In this document: one piece after another, positions 23,796-40,850 of the stretch
How positions within the stretch are numbered: the stretch's first letter is position 1
Layout: every line of letters begins with the position of its first letter
NCBI GenBank assembly: GCA_964016885.1
Contig: OZ024740.1
Location: 99,572,001-99,636,000, forward strand
Direction of reading: 5' to 3'
Source: Eledone cirrhosa
Lineage: Eukaryota
DNA length: 64,000 nucleotides
Notes under the pieces: model-generated
The model's database searches: none
What the model was told of the DNA's origin: nothing
The model's input: only the letters and a program-made list of their open reading frames with translations
Program-made: the position numbers and the translations under genes

Positions 23796-24029
23796 CTTTT
23801 TTTGTTTAATATAAGGAACTGTTTCATTGTTTATTCATTATTTGTTTAATATTTTATCTTGACTCTGTATACCATTTATCTTTCACCGAAAGTGATTTTT
23901 CATTACATCTCTTCTTTCCATGATATCCGGAATACATTGAGTTCTTCATACGGATTGGACACTACCGTAAACTCTTGGTAGATTTATCTACATATATATA
24001 TATATATATATAGTTATATATATATATAG

Positions 24030-24102
<73 letters not shown>

Positions 24103-24113
24103 TATATATATAG

Positions 24114-24150
<37 letters not shown>

Positions 24151-24166
24151 TATATATATAGTTATA

Positions 24167-24206
<40 letters not shown>

Positions 24207-24335
24207 TATATATATAGTTATATATATATATATATAGTTATATATATATATATATAGTTATATATATATAGTTATATAGTTATATATATATAGTTATATA
24301 TATATAGTTATATATATATAGTTATATATATATAG

Positions 24336-24380
<45 letters not shown>

Positions 24381-24601
24381 TATATATATAGTTATATATA
24401 TATATATATATATATATAGTTATATATATATAGTTATATATATATATATATATAGTTATATATATATAGTTATCATATATATATATATATATATATAGTT
24501 ATATATATATAGTTATATATATATATATATATATATATAGTTATATATATATATAGTTATATATATATATACTATATATATAGTTATATATATATATATA
24601 G

Positions 24602-24648
<47 letters not shown>

Positions 24649-24693
24649 TATATATATATAGTTATATAGTTATATATATATATATATATATAG

Positions 24694-24727
<34 letters not shown>

Positions 24728-25064
24728 GTTATATATATATATATATAGTTCGTTTCTGAATTTGTTATATATATATATATTTATATATATATATATATAG
24801 TTCGTTTCTGAATTTGTTATATATATATATATTTATATATATATATATATAGTTCGTTTCTGAATTTGTTATATATATATATATTTATATATATATATAT
24901 ATAGTTCGTTTCTGAATTTGATATATATATATATATTTATATATATATATATAGTTCGTTTCTGAATTTGTTATATATATATATATATTTATATATAGAT
25001 ATATATAGTTATATATATATATAGTTATTTATATATATATATAGTTATATATATAGTATATTTG

Positions 25065-25099
<35 letters not shown>

Positions 25100-25306
25100 T
25101 ATATATATATATATAGTTATATATATATATATATATATAGTTATATATATATATATATATATAGTTATATATATATATATATATAGTTATATATATATAT
25201 ATATATATATAGTTATATATATGTATATATATAGTTATATATATATATATATATATAGTTATATATATATATATAGTTATATATATATATATATGTATAT
25301 ATATAG

Positions 25307-25357
<51 letters not shown>

Positions 25358-25366
25358 TATATATAG

Positions 25367-25407
<41 letters not shown>

Positions 25408-25441
25408 TATATATATATATATATATAAAGTTATATATAGT

Positions 25442-25473
<32 letters not shown>

Positions 25474-25509
25474 TATATATATATATATATATATAAAGTT
25501 ATATATAGT

Positions 25510-25541
<32 letters not shown>

Positions 25542-25700
25542 TATATAGTTATATAGTTATATATATATATATATATATAGTTATATATATATATATATAT
25601 ATATATAGTTATATATAGTTATATAGTTATATATATATATATATATAGTTATATATATATATATATATATATAGTTATATATATATATATATATATATAG

Positions 25701-25737
<37 letters not shown>

Positions 25738-25927
25738 TATATATATATAGTTATATATATATATATATATAGTTATATATATATATATATATATTAGTTA
25801 TATATATATATATATATAGTTATATATATATATAGTTATATATATATATATATATATAGTTATATATATATATAGTTATATATATATATAGTTATTATAT
25901 ATATATATAGTTATATATATATATAGT

Positions 25928-25959
<32 letters not shown>

Positions 25960-26028
25960 TATATATATATATATATATATATAGTTATATATATATATAG
26001 TATATATATAGTTATATATATATATAGT

Positions 26029-26060
<32 letters not shown>

Positions 26061-26202
26061 TATATATATATATAGTTATATATATATATATAGTTATATA
26101 TATATATATATAGTTATATATATATATATAGTTATATATATATATAGTTATATATATATATATATAGTTATATATATATATATATAGTTATATATATATA
26201 GT

Positions 26203-26241
<39 letters not shown>

Positions 26242-26324
26242 TATATATATAGTTATATATATATATATATAGTTATATATATATATATATAGTTATATAT
26301 ATATAGTTATATATATATATATAG

Positions 26325-26363
<39 letters not shown>

Positions 26364-26588
26364 TATATATATAGTTATATATATAGTTATATATATATAT
26401 ATATATATATATAGTTATATATATATAGTTATATATATATATATATATATATATAGTTATATATATATATAGTTATATATATATATAGTTATATATATAT
26501 ATATATATATATAGTTATATATATATATATAGTTATATATATATATATATATATAGTTATATATATATATATATATATAGTTATATAT

Positions 26589-26630
<42 letters not shown>

Positions 26631-26675
26631 TATATATATATAGTTATATAGTTATATATATATATATATATATAG

Positions 26676-26722
<47 letters not shown>

Positions 26723-27123
26723 TATATATATATAGTTATATAGTTATATATATATATATATATATATAGTTATATATATATATATATATATAGTTATATA
26801 TATATATATATAGTTCGTTTCTGAATTTGTTATATATATATATATTTATATATATATATATATAGTTCGTTTCTGAATTTGTTATATATATATATATTTA
26901 TATATATATATATATAGTTCGTTTCTGAATTGTTATATATATATATATTATATATATATATATATAGTTCGTTCTGAATTTGATATATATATATATATTT
27001 ATATATATATATATAGTCGTTTCTGAATTTGTTATATATATATATATATTTATATATAGATATATATAGTTATATATATATATAGTTATTTATATATATA
27101 TAGTTATATATATAGTATATTTG

Positions 27124-27158
<35 letters not shown>

Positions 27159-27427
27159 TATATATATATATATAGTTATATATATATATATATATATAGT
27201 TATATATATATATATATATATAGTTATATATATATATATATAGTTATATATATATATATATATATATAGTTATATATATGTATATATATAGTTATATATA
27301 TATATATATATATAGTTATATATATATATATAGTTATATATATATATATATATGTATATATATAGTTATATATATATATATATATATATATAGTTATATA
27401 TATATATATATATATATAAAGTTATAT

Positions 27428-27471
<44 letters not shown>

Positions 27472-27706
27472 TATATATATATATATATATATAAAGTTAT
27501 ATATAGTTATATATATATATATATATATATATAGTTATATATAGTTATATAGTTATATATATATATATATATATAGTTATATATATATATATATATATAT
27601 ATAGTTATATATAGTTATATAGTTATATATATATATATATATAGTTATATATATATATATATTATATATAGTTATATAGTTTATATATATATATATATAT
27701 ATATAG

Positions 27707-27745
<39 letters not shown>

Positions 27746-28027
27746 TATATATATATATAGATATATATATATATATAGTTATATATATATATATAGTTAT
27801 ATATATATATATAGTTATATATATATATATAGTTATATATATATATATAGTTATATATATATATATAGTTATATATATATATATAGTTATATATATATAT
27901 ATAGTTATATATATATATATAGTTATATATATATATATATAGTTATATAGTTATATATATAGTTATATATATATATATATAGTTATACATATATATATAT
28001 AGTTATATATATATATATATATATAGT

Positions 28028-28139
<112 letters not shown>

Positions 28140-28180
28140 TATATATATATATATATAGTTATATATATATATATATATAG

Positions 28181-28257
<77 letters not shown>

Positions 28258-28751
28258 TATATATATATAGTTATATATATATATATATATATAGTTATAT
28301 ATATATATAGTTATATATATATATAGTTATATATATATATATATATATAGTTATATATATATATAGTTATATATATATATAGTTATATATATATATATAT
28401 ATATAGTTATATATATATATAGTTATATATTATATAGTTATATATATATATATATATATAGTTATATATATATATAGTTATATATATATATAGTTATATA
28501 TATATATATAGTTATATATATATATATATATAGTTATATATATATATATAGTTATATATATATATATAGTTATATATATATATATATAGTTATATATATA
28601 TATATATAGTTATATATATATATATATATAGTTATATATATATATAGTTATATATATATATATATAGTTATATATATATATATAGTTATATATATATATA
28701 TATAGTTATATATATATGTATAGTTATATATATATATATATATATATATAG

Positions 28752-28788
<37 letters not shown>

Positions 28789-28947
28789 TATATATATATA
28801 TATAGATATATATATATAGTTATATATATATATAGTTATATATATATATATAGTTATATATATATATATATGTATATATATAGTTATATATATATATATA
28901 TATATATAGTTATATATATATATATATATATATAAAGTTATATATAG

Positions 28948-28990
<43 letters not shown>

Positions 28991-29025
28991 TATATATATA
29001 TATATATATATAAGTTATATATAGT

Positions 29026-29066
<41 letters not shown>

Positions 29067-29337
29067 TATATATATATATATATATATAAAGTTATATATA
29101 GTTATATATATATATATATATATATATAGTTATATATAGTTATATAGTTATATATATATATATTATATATAGTTATATATAGTTATATAGTTATATATAT
29201 ATATATATATATAGTTATATATATATATATATATATATATAGTTATATATAGTTATATAGTTATATATATATATATATAGTTATATATATATATATATAT
29301 ATATAGTTATATAGTTATATATATAATATATATATAG

Positions 29338-29378
<41 letters not shown>

Positions 29379-29648
29379 TATATATATATATAGATATATA
29401 TATATTAGTTATATATATATATAGTTATATATATATATATAGTTATATATATATATATAGTTATATATATATATAGTTATATATATATATAGTTATATAT
29501 ATATATATAGTTATATATATATATATAGTTATATATATATATATATAGTTATATATATATATATATAGTTATATATATATATATATAGTTATATAGTTAT
29601 ATATATAGTTATATATATATATATATAGTTATACATATATATATATAG

Positions 29649-29755
<107 letters not shown>

Positions 29756-29782
29756 GTTATATATATATATATATATATATAG

Positions 29783-29819
<37 letters not shown>

Positions 29820-29858
29820 TATATATATATATATAGTTATATATATATATATATATAG

Positions 29859-29893
<35 letters not shown>

Positions 29894-30066
29894 TATATAT
29901 ATATATATATATAGTTATATATATATATATAGTTATATATATATATAGTTATATATATATATATATATATAGTTATATATATATATATAGTTATATATAT
30001 ATATAGTTATATATATATATAGTTATATATATATATATATTATATATAGTTATATATATATATAGT

Positions 30067-30098
<32 letters not shown>

Positions 30099-30313
30099 TA
30101 TATATATATAGTTATATATATATATATTATATATATATAGTTATATATATATATATAGTTATATATATATATATATAGTTATATATATATATATATATAG
30201 TTATATATATATATAGTTATATATATATAGTTATATATATATATATATAGTCTATATATATATATATATAGTTATATATAATAATATATATAGTTATATA
30301 TATATAGTTATAT

Positions 30314-30347
<34 letters not shown>

Positions 30348-30480
30348 GTTATATATATAGTTATATATATATATATATATCTATATATATATATATATAT
30401 ATAGTTATATATATATAGTTATATATATATATATATATATATATAGTTATATATATATATAGTTATATATATATATAGTT

Positions 30481-30680
30481 NNNNNNNNNNNNNNNNNNNN
30501 NNNNNNNNNNNNNNNNNNNNNNNNNNNNNNNNNNNNNNNNNNNNNNNNNNNNNNNNNNNNNNNNNNNNNNNNNNNNNNNNNNNNNNNNNNNNNNNNNNNN
30601 NNNNNNNNNNNNNNNNNNNNNNNNNNNNNNNNNNNNNNNNNNNNNNNNNNNNNNNNNNNNNNNNNNNNNNNNNNNNNNNN
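30481..30680. other. Assembly gap (200 N)
   Basis: Run of N; contiguity across it is unproven. Confidence 1.
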
Positions 30681-30686
30681 ATATAG

Positions 30687-30751
<65 letters not shown>

Positions 30752-30752
30752 G

Positions 30753-30793
<41 letters not shown>

Positions 30794-30824
30794 GATATAT
30801 ATATATATATAGATATATAGATAT

Positions 30825-30906
<82 letters not shown>

Positions 30907-30926
30907 TATATATAGATATATATATA

Positions 30927-30999
<73 letters not shown>

Positions 31000-31020
31000 T
31001 ATAGATATATATATATATAT

Positions 31021-31061
<41 letters not shown>

Positions 31062-31064
31062 TAT

Positions 31065-31194
<130 letters not shown>

Positions 31195-31219
31195 TATATA
31201 TATATATATATATATATAT

Positions 31220-31254
<35 letters not shown>

Positions 31255-31441
31255 TATATATACATATATATATATATATAGATATATATACATATATATA
31301 TATATATACATGTATATATATATATATAGATATATATACATATATATATATATATATAGTTATATATATATATATATATATAGAGTTATATATATATATA
31401 TATATATATATAGATATATATACATATATATATATATATAG

Positions 31442-31474
<33 letters not shown>

Positions 31475-31707
31475 GTTATATATATATATATATATATATA
31501 GTTATATATATATATATATATATATAGTTATATATATATATATATATATATAGTTATATATATATATATATATATATAGTTATATATAGATATATATATA
31601 TATATAGATATATATACATATATATATATATAGTTATATATATATATAGTTATATATACATATATATATATATATATACATAATATATATATAGTTATAT
31701 ATATATG

Positions 31708-31766
<59 letters not shown>

Positions 31767-31767
31767 G

Positions 31768-31812
<45 letters not shown>

Positions 31813-31813
31813 G

Positions 31814-31918
<105 letters not shown>

Positions 31919-31919
31919 G

Positions 31920-32122
<203 letters not shown>

Positions 32123-32133
32123 ATATATATGTA

Positions 32134-32351
<218 letters not shown>

Positions 32352-32352
32352 C

Positions 32353-32434
<82 letters not shown>

Positions 32435-32483
32435 AGTTATATATACAAATATAGTTATATATACATATATAGTTATATACATA

Positions 32484-32579
<96 letters not shown>

Positions 32580-32590
32580 TATATATATAC

Positions 32591-32627
<37 letters not shown>

Positions 32628-33266
32628 CATATATAGTTATATATACATATATAGTTATATATACATATATATATATATATATACATATATAGTTATATAT
32701 ACATATATATATATATATATACATATATAGTTATATATACATATACATATATAGTTATATATACATATATAGTTATATATACATATACATATATAGTTAT
32801 ATATACATATATAGTTATATATACATATATATATATATATATACATATATAGTTATATATACATATATATATATAGTTATATATATATATACATATATAT
32901 ATATATAGTTATATATATATATACATATATATATAGTTATATATATATATACTTATATATATATAGTTATATATATATATACTTATATATATATAGTTAT
33001 ATATATATATACATATATATATATAGTTATATATATATATACATATATATATATATTTATATATATATATACATATATATATATAGTTATATATATATAT
33101 ATAGTTATATATAGTTATATATATATATATATATATAGTTATATATATATATATATATATATATAGTTATATATATATATATATATATATAGTTATATAT
33201 ATATATATATATATATAGTTATATATATATATATATATATATATAGTTATATATATATATATATAG

Positions 33267-33301
<35 letters not shown>

Positions 33302-33326
33302 TATATATATATATATATATATATAG

Positions 33327-33365
<39 letters not shown>

Positions 33366-33404
33366 TAGATATATAGATATATATATATAGTTATATATAT
33401 ATAG

Positions 33405-33461
<57 letters not shown>

Positions 33462-33484
33462 TATATATATATATATATATATAG

Positions 33485-33523
<39 letters not shown>

Positions 33524-33638
33524 TATATATATATATATATAGATATATATACATATATATATATATACATGTATATATATATATAGATATATATACATAT
33601 ATATATATATATAGTTATATATATATATATATATAGAG

Positions 33639-33675
<37 letters not shown>

Positions 33676-33827
33676 TATATATATATATATAGATATATAT
33701 ACATATATATATATATATATAGTTATATATATATATATATATATAGTTATATATATATATATATATATATAGTTATATATATATATATATATATATATAG
33801 TTATATATATATATATATATATATAGT

Positions 33828-33859
<32 letters not shown>

Positions 33860-33966
33860 TATATAGATATATATATATATATAGATATATATACATAATA
33901 TATATATATAGTTATATATACATATATATATATATATAGTTATATACATATATATATATATATAGT

Positions 33967-34008
<42 letters not shown>

Positions 34009-34053
34009 TATATACATATATATATATATATATACATAAATATATATATATAG

Positions 34054-34195
<142 letters not shown>

Positions 34196-34196
34196 G

Positions 34197-34513
<317 letters not shown>

Positions 34514-34524
34514 ATATATATGTA

Positions 34525-34682
<158 letters not shown>

Positions 34683-34683
34683 C

Positions 34684-34748
<65 letters not shown>

Positions 34749-34790
34749 GTTATATATACAAATATAGTTATATATACATATATAGTTATA

Positions 34791-34821
<31 letters not shown>

Positions 34822-34836
34822 GTCTATATATATATA

Positions 34837-34874
<38 letters not shown>

Positions 34875-34904
34875 TATATATATATATATGTCTATATATA
34901 TATA

Positions 34905-35044
<140 letters not shown>

Positions 35045-35055
35045 TATATATATAC

Positions 35056-35092
<37 letters not shown>

Positions 35093-35624
35093 CATATATA
35101 GTTATATATACATATATAGTTATATATACATATATATATATATATATACATATATAGTTATATATACATATACATATATAGTTATATATACATATATAGT
35201 TATATATACATATATATATATATATATACATATATAGTTATATATACATATATATATATAGTTATATATATATATACATATATATATATATAGTTATATA
35301 TATATATACATATATATATATATAGTATATATATATATACTTATATATATATAGTTATATATATATACTTATATATATATAGTTATATATATATATACAT
35401 ATATATATATAGTTATATATATATATACATAAATATATATATTTATATATATATATACATATATATATATAGTTATATATATATATATAGTTATATATAG
35501 TTATATATATATATATATATAGTTATATATATATATATATATATATATAGTTATATATATATATATATATATATATAGTTATATATATATATATATATAT
35601 ATAGTTATATATATATATATATAG

Positions 35625-35717
<93 letters not shown>

Positions 35718-35750
35718 TATATATATATATATATAGTTATATATATATAG

Positions 35751-35855
<105 letters not shown>

Positions 35856-35876
35856 TATATATATATATATATATAG

Positions 35877-35915
<39 letters not shown>

Positions 35916-35936
35916 TATATATATATATATATATAG

Positions 35937-35979
<43 letters not shown>

Positions 35980-35998
35980 TATATATATATATATATAG

Positions 35999-36043
<45 letters not shown>

Positions 36044-37083
36044 TATATATATATATATATATAGTTATATATATATATATATATATAGTTATATATATAT
36101 ATATATATATAGTTATATATATATATATATATATAGTTATATATATATATATATATAGTTATATATATATATATATATATAGTTATATATATATATATAT
36201 ATATAGTTATATATATATATATATATATAGTTATATATATATATATATATATATAGTTATATATATATATATATATAGTTATATATATATATATATATAG
36301 TTATATATATATATATATATATAGTTATATATATATATATATAGTTATATATATATATATATATATATAGTTATATATATATATATATATAGTTATATAT
36401 ATATATATATATATATAGTTATATATATATAGTTATATATATACATATATATATATAGTTATATATACATATATATATATAGTTATATATAGTTATATAT
36501 ATACATATATATATATAGTTATATATACATATATATATATAGTTATATATAGTTATATATACATATATATATATAGTTATATATAGTTATATATACATAT
36601 ATATATATAGTTATATATATATATATATAGTTATATATACATATATATATATAGTTATATATAGTTATATATACATATATATATATAGTTATATATAGTT
36701 ATATATACATATATATATATAGTTATATATATATATATATATAGTTATATATATATATATATATAGTTATATATATATATATAGTTATATATATATATAT
36801 ATATAGTATATATATATATATATATAGTTATATATATATATATAGTTATATATATATATATATATAGTTATATATATATATATAGTTATATATATATATA
36901 TATATAGTTATATATATATATATATATAGTTATATATATATATATAGTTATATATATATATATATAGTTATATATATAGTTATATATATATATATAGTTA
37001 TATATATATATATAGTTATATATATATATATAGTTATATATATATATATATAGTTATATATATATATATAGTTATATATATAT

Positions 37084-37235
37084 GTAGATTAATCTACCAG
37101 AGGATATATATGTGTTAGAATTGGCATGCATATTCAACAGATCTATGTACAAAATTATACAAAATTATACAAACTATCAAAATTAAATATACATACCCAA
37201 CACATATATATGCCGTCTTCAGAAATAATGAAATA
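37084..37235 (-). mobile_element. Internally deleted mini-copy of the PLE 3' end
   Basis: 37084-37099 matches rc of 23976-23991, fused to rc of ~23638-23772 (HHR 5' half and stem II). About 200 nt including GAAA and stem III are missing. Confidence 0.88.
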
Positions 37236-38556
37236 TATATATATATAGTTATATATATATATATAGTTATATATATATATAGTTATATATATATATAGTT
37301 ATATATATATATATAGTTATATATAGTTATATATATATATATAGTTATATATATATAGTTATATATATATATATATAGTTATATATATAGTTATATATAT
37401 ATATATAGTTATATATATATATATAGTTATATATATATATATAACTATATATGTATATATATAGTTATATAGTTATATATATATATATATAGTTATATAG
37501 ATATAGTTATATAGTTATATATATATATATATAGTTATATAGATATATATAGTTATATAGATATAGTTATATAGATATATATATAGTTATATATATATAT
37601 ATAGTTTATATAGATATATATAGTTATATAGATATAGTTATAGATATATATAGTTATATAGATATATAGTTATATAGATATATAGTTATATAATATATAT
37701 AGTTATATAGATATATAGTTATATAGATATATATAGTTATATAGATATATATAGTTATATAGATATATATAGTTATATATATATATATAGTTATATATAT
37801 ATATATAGTTATAAAGATATATATAGTTATATAGATATATATAGTTATATAGATATATATAGTTATATAGATATATATAGTTATATAGATATATATAGTT
37901 ATATAGATATATATAGTTATATAGATATATATAGTTATATAGATATATATAGTTATATAGATATATATAGTTATATATATATATATAGTTATATATATAT
38001 ATATAGTTATATATATATATATATAGTTATATATAGATATATATAGTTATATATAGATATATATAGTTATATATATATATATAGTTATATATAGATATAT
38101 ATAGTTATATATATATATAGTTATATATATATATATATAGTTATATATATATATATATATATAGTTATATATATATATATAGTTATATATATATATATAT
38201 ATATAGTTATATATATATATATATATATAGTTATATATATATATATAGTTATATAGATATATATATAAAAACAAATAACGAAACGAAATTAAATTTCGTT
38301 TCGCTTCTAACTCACTTTTGTATGACTGACGCTTAAACAATTAAGTTAAAGTGTACATCTACATATGTATACGGAAGTATTAGTATGCATATAAATACAC
38401 ACTTGTATACATATGTACATGTACTCAGCTTTTCACTAGACACTTTACAGTGACTGTCAGCTTGTCTGTCTGTAACCACACAGACGGACCGGGTTTTAGA
38501 GTCATACGGGTTTTCAAGGAAACACATTTCGTCTATTCTCCAGAGGGCCAGACAGG

Positions 38557-38601
38557 AATATTGGACTAGTTTCGATATTATTACATCTCATCAGCAATAT
38601 T
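38557..38601 (-). ncRNA. Type I hammerhead ribozyme (469-bp unit L1)
   Basis: rc reads AATATTG CTGATGA GATGT-AATA-ATATC GAAA CTAG TC CAATATT. Confidence 0.92.
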
Positions 38602-39025
38602 TACCCATCTTCCGGCTTCTCTGGAGAATTGTAAAAGCACATATCGTTATATGCTTTTTCTATGAAAATTAGTAGTGGGTAGACTAATTTGCATAGAACG
38701 TGAGTCATTGTACGCACCGGTTCAGCGGAGACGATAAAAACAAATAACGAAACGAAATTAAATTTCGTTTCGCTTCTAACTCACTTCTGTATGACTGACG
38801 CTTAAACAATTAAGTTAAAGTGTACATCTACATATGTATACGGAAGTATTAGTATGCATATAAATACACACTTGTATACATATGTACATGTACTCAGCTT
38901 TTCACTAGACACTTTACAGTGAGTGTCAGCTAGTCTGTATGTAACCACACAGACGGACCGGGTTTTAGAGTCATACGGGTTTTCAAGGAAACACATTTCC
39001 TCTATTCTCCAGAGGGCCAGACAGG

Positions 39026-39070
39026 AATATTGGACTAGTTTCGATGTTATTACATCTCATCAGCAATATT
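39026..39070 (-). ncRNA. Type I hammerhead ribozyme (unit L2)
   Basis: As L1, with stem II GATGT/ACATC. Confidence 0.92.
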
Positions 39071-39412
39071 TACCCATCTTCCGGCTTCTCTGGAGAATTG
39101 TAAAAGCACATATCGTTATATGCTTTTTCTATGAAAATTAGTAGTGGGTAGACTAATTTGCATAGAACGTGAGTCATTGTACGCACCGGTTCAGCGGTAT
39201 TTAATTGTTTAAGCGTCAGTCATACAAAAGTGAGTTAGAAGCGAAACGAAATTTAATTTCGTTTCGTTATTTGTTTTTATCGTTTCCGCTGAACCGGTGC
39301 GTACAATGACTCACGTTCTATGCAAATTAGTCTACCCACTACTAATTTTCATAGAAAAAGCATATAACGATATGTGCTTTTACAATTCTCCAGAGAAGCC
39401 GGAAGATGGGTA

Positions 39413-39457
39413 AATATTGCTGATGAGATGTAATAATATCGAAACTAGTCCAATATT
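39413..39457 (+). ncRNA. Type I hammerhead ribozyme (unit R1)
   Basis: Stem I AATATTG/CAATATT; CTGATGA 39420-26; GAAA 39441-44; palindromic stem III ACTAGT; GUC cleavage after 39450. Confidence 0.93.
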
Positions 39458-39881
39458 CCTGTCTGGCCCTCTGGAGAATAGAGGAAATGTGTTTCCTTGA
39501 AAACCCGTATGACTCTAAAACCCGGTCCGTCTGTGAGGTTACATACAGACTAGCTGACACTCACTGTAAAGTGTCTAGTGAAAAGCTGAGTACATGTACA
39601 TATGTATACAAGTGTGTATTTATATGCATACTAATACTTCCGTATACATATGTAGATGTACACTTTAACTTAATTGTTTAAGCGTCAGTCATACAAAAGT
39701 GAGTTAGAAGCGAAACGAAATTTAATTTCGTTTCGTTACTTGTTTTTATCGTTTCCGCTGAACCGGTGCGTACAATGACTCACGTTCTATGCAAATTAGT
39801 CTACCCACTACTAATTTTCATAGAAAAAGCATATAACGATATGTGCTTTTACAATTCTCCAGAGAAGCCGGAAGATGGGTA

Positions 39882-39926
39882 AATATTGCTGATGAGATGT
39901 AATAACATCGAAACTAGTCCAATATT
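39882..39926 (+). ncRNA. Type I hammerhead ribozyme (unit R2)
   Basis: Same motif at +469. Confidence 0.93.
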
Positions 39927-40350
39927 CCTGTCTGGCCCTCTGGAGAATAGAGGAAATGTGTTTCCTTGAAAACCCGTATGACTCTAAAACCCGGTCCGTC
40001 TGTGTGGTTACATACATACTAGCTGACACTCACTGTAAAGTGTCTAGTGAAAAGCTGAGTACATGTACATATGTATACAAGTGTGTATTTATATGCATAC
40101 TAATACTTCCGTATACATATGTAGATGTACACTTTAACTTAATTGTTTAAGCGTCAGTCATACAAAAGTGAGTTAGAAGCGAAACGAAATTTAATTTCGT
40201 TTCGTTATTTGTTTTTATCGTTTCCGCTGAACCGGTGCGTACAATGACTCACGTTCTATGCAAATTAGTCTACCCACTACTAATTTTCATAGAAAAAGCA
40301 TATAACGATATGTGCTTTTACAATTCTCCAGAGAAGCCGGAAGATGGGTA

Positions 40351-40395
40351 AATATTGCTGATGAGATGTAATAACATCGAAACTAGTCCAATATT
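40351..40395 (+). ncRNA. Type I hammerhead ribozyme (unit R3)
   Basis: Same motif at +938. Confidence 0.93.
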
Positions 40396-40789
40396 CCTGT
40401 CTGGCCCTCTGGAGAATAGACGAAATGTGTTTCCTTGAAAACCCGTATGACTCTAAAACCCGGTCCGTCTGTGTGGTTACATACAGACTAGCTGACACTC
40501 ACTGTAAAGTGTCTAGTGAAAAGGTGAGTACATGTACATATGTATACAAGTGTGTATTTATATGCATACTAATACTTCCGTATACATATGTAGATGTACA
40601 CTTTAACTTAATTGTTTATATATATATATTTATATAGATATATATATATAGATATATATAGATATATATATATATATATAGTTATATAGATATATATATA
40701 TATATAGATATATATATATATAGTTATATAGATATATATATATATATATAGTTATATAGATATATATAGATATATATATATATATATAG

Positions 40790-40850
<61 letters not shown>

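Larger units (their letters stand above)
18140..23991 (+). mobile_element. Penelope-like element, right copy, truncated within RT, with the longer 3' end
   Basis: Starts at the YWTR codons. Extends ~135 bp beyond the end of the left arm and finishes in hairpin GTAGATTTATCTAC, then (TA)n. Confidence 0.93.
38265..39197 (-). mobile_element. 469-bp HHR tandem repeat (retrozyme-like), left arm, 2 units
   Basis: Period 469 (e.g. 38333 vs 38802); HHR sense on the minus strand. Confidence 0.88.
39201..40618 (+). mobile_element. 469-bp HHR tandem repeat (retrozyme-like), right arm, 3 units
   Basis: Period 469 (39487/39956/40425); inverted relative to the left arm, with a 3-nt TAT at the junction. 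Confidence 0.88.

Noticed and set aside
23992-24700. Satellite synthesised outward from each PLE 3' end, telomerase-style
   Set aside because: Satellite polarity is the same on both sides of the inverted elements rather than mirrored, so it mostly predates the insertions.
38333-40637. Repeated 64-72 aa ORFs in the 469-bp unit
   Set aside because: Short, overlapping on both strands, no recognisable motif; the RNA structure explains the sequence better.
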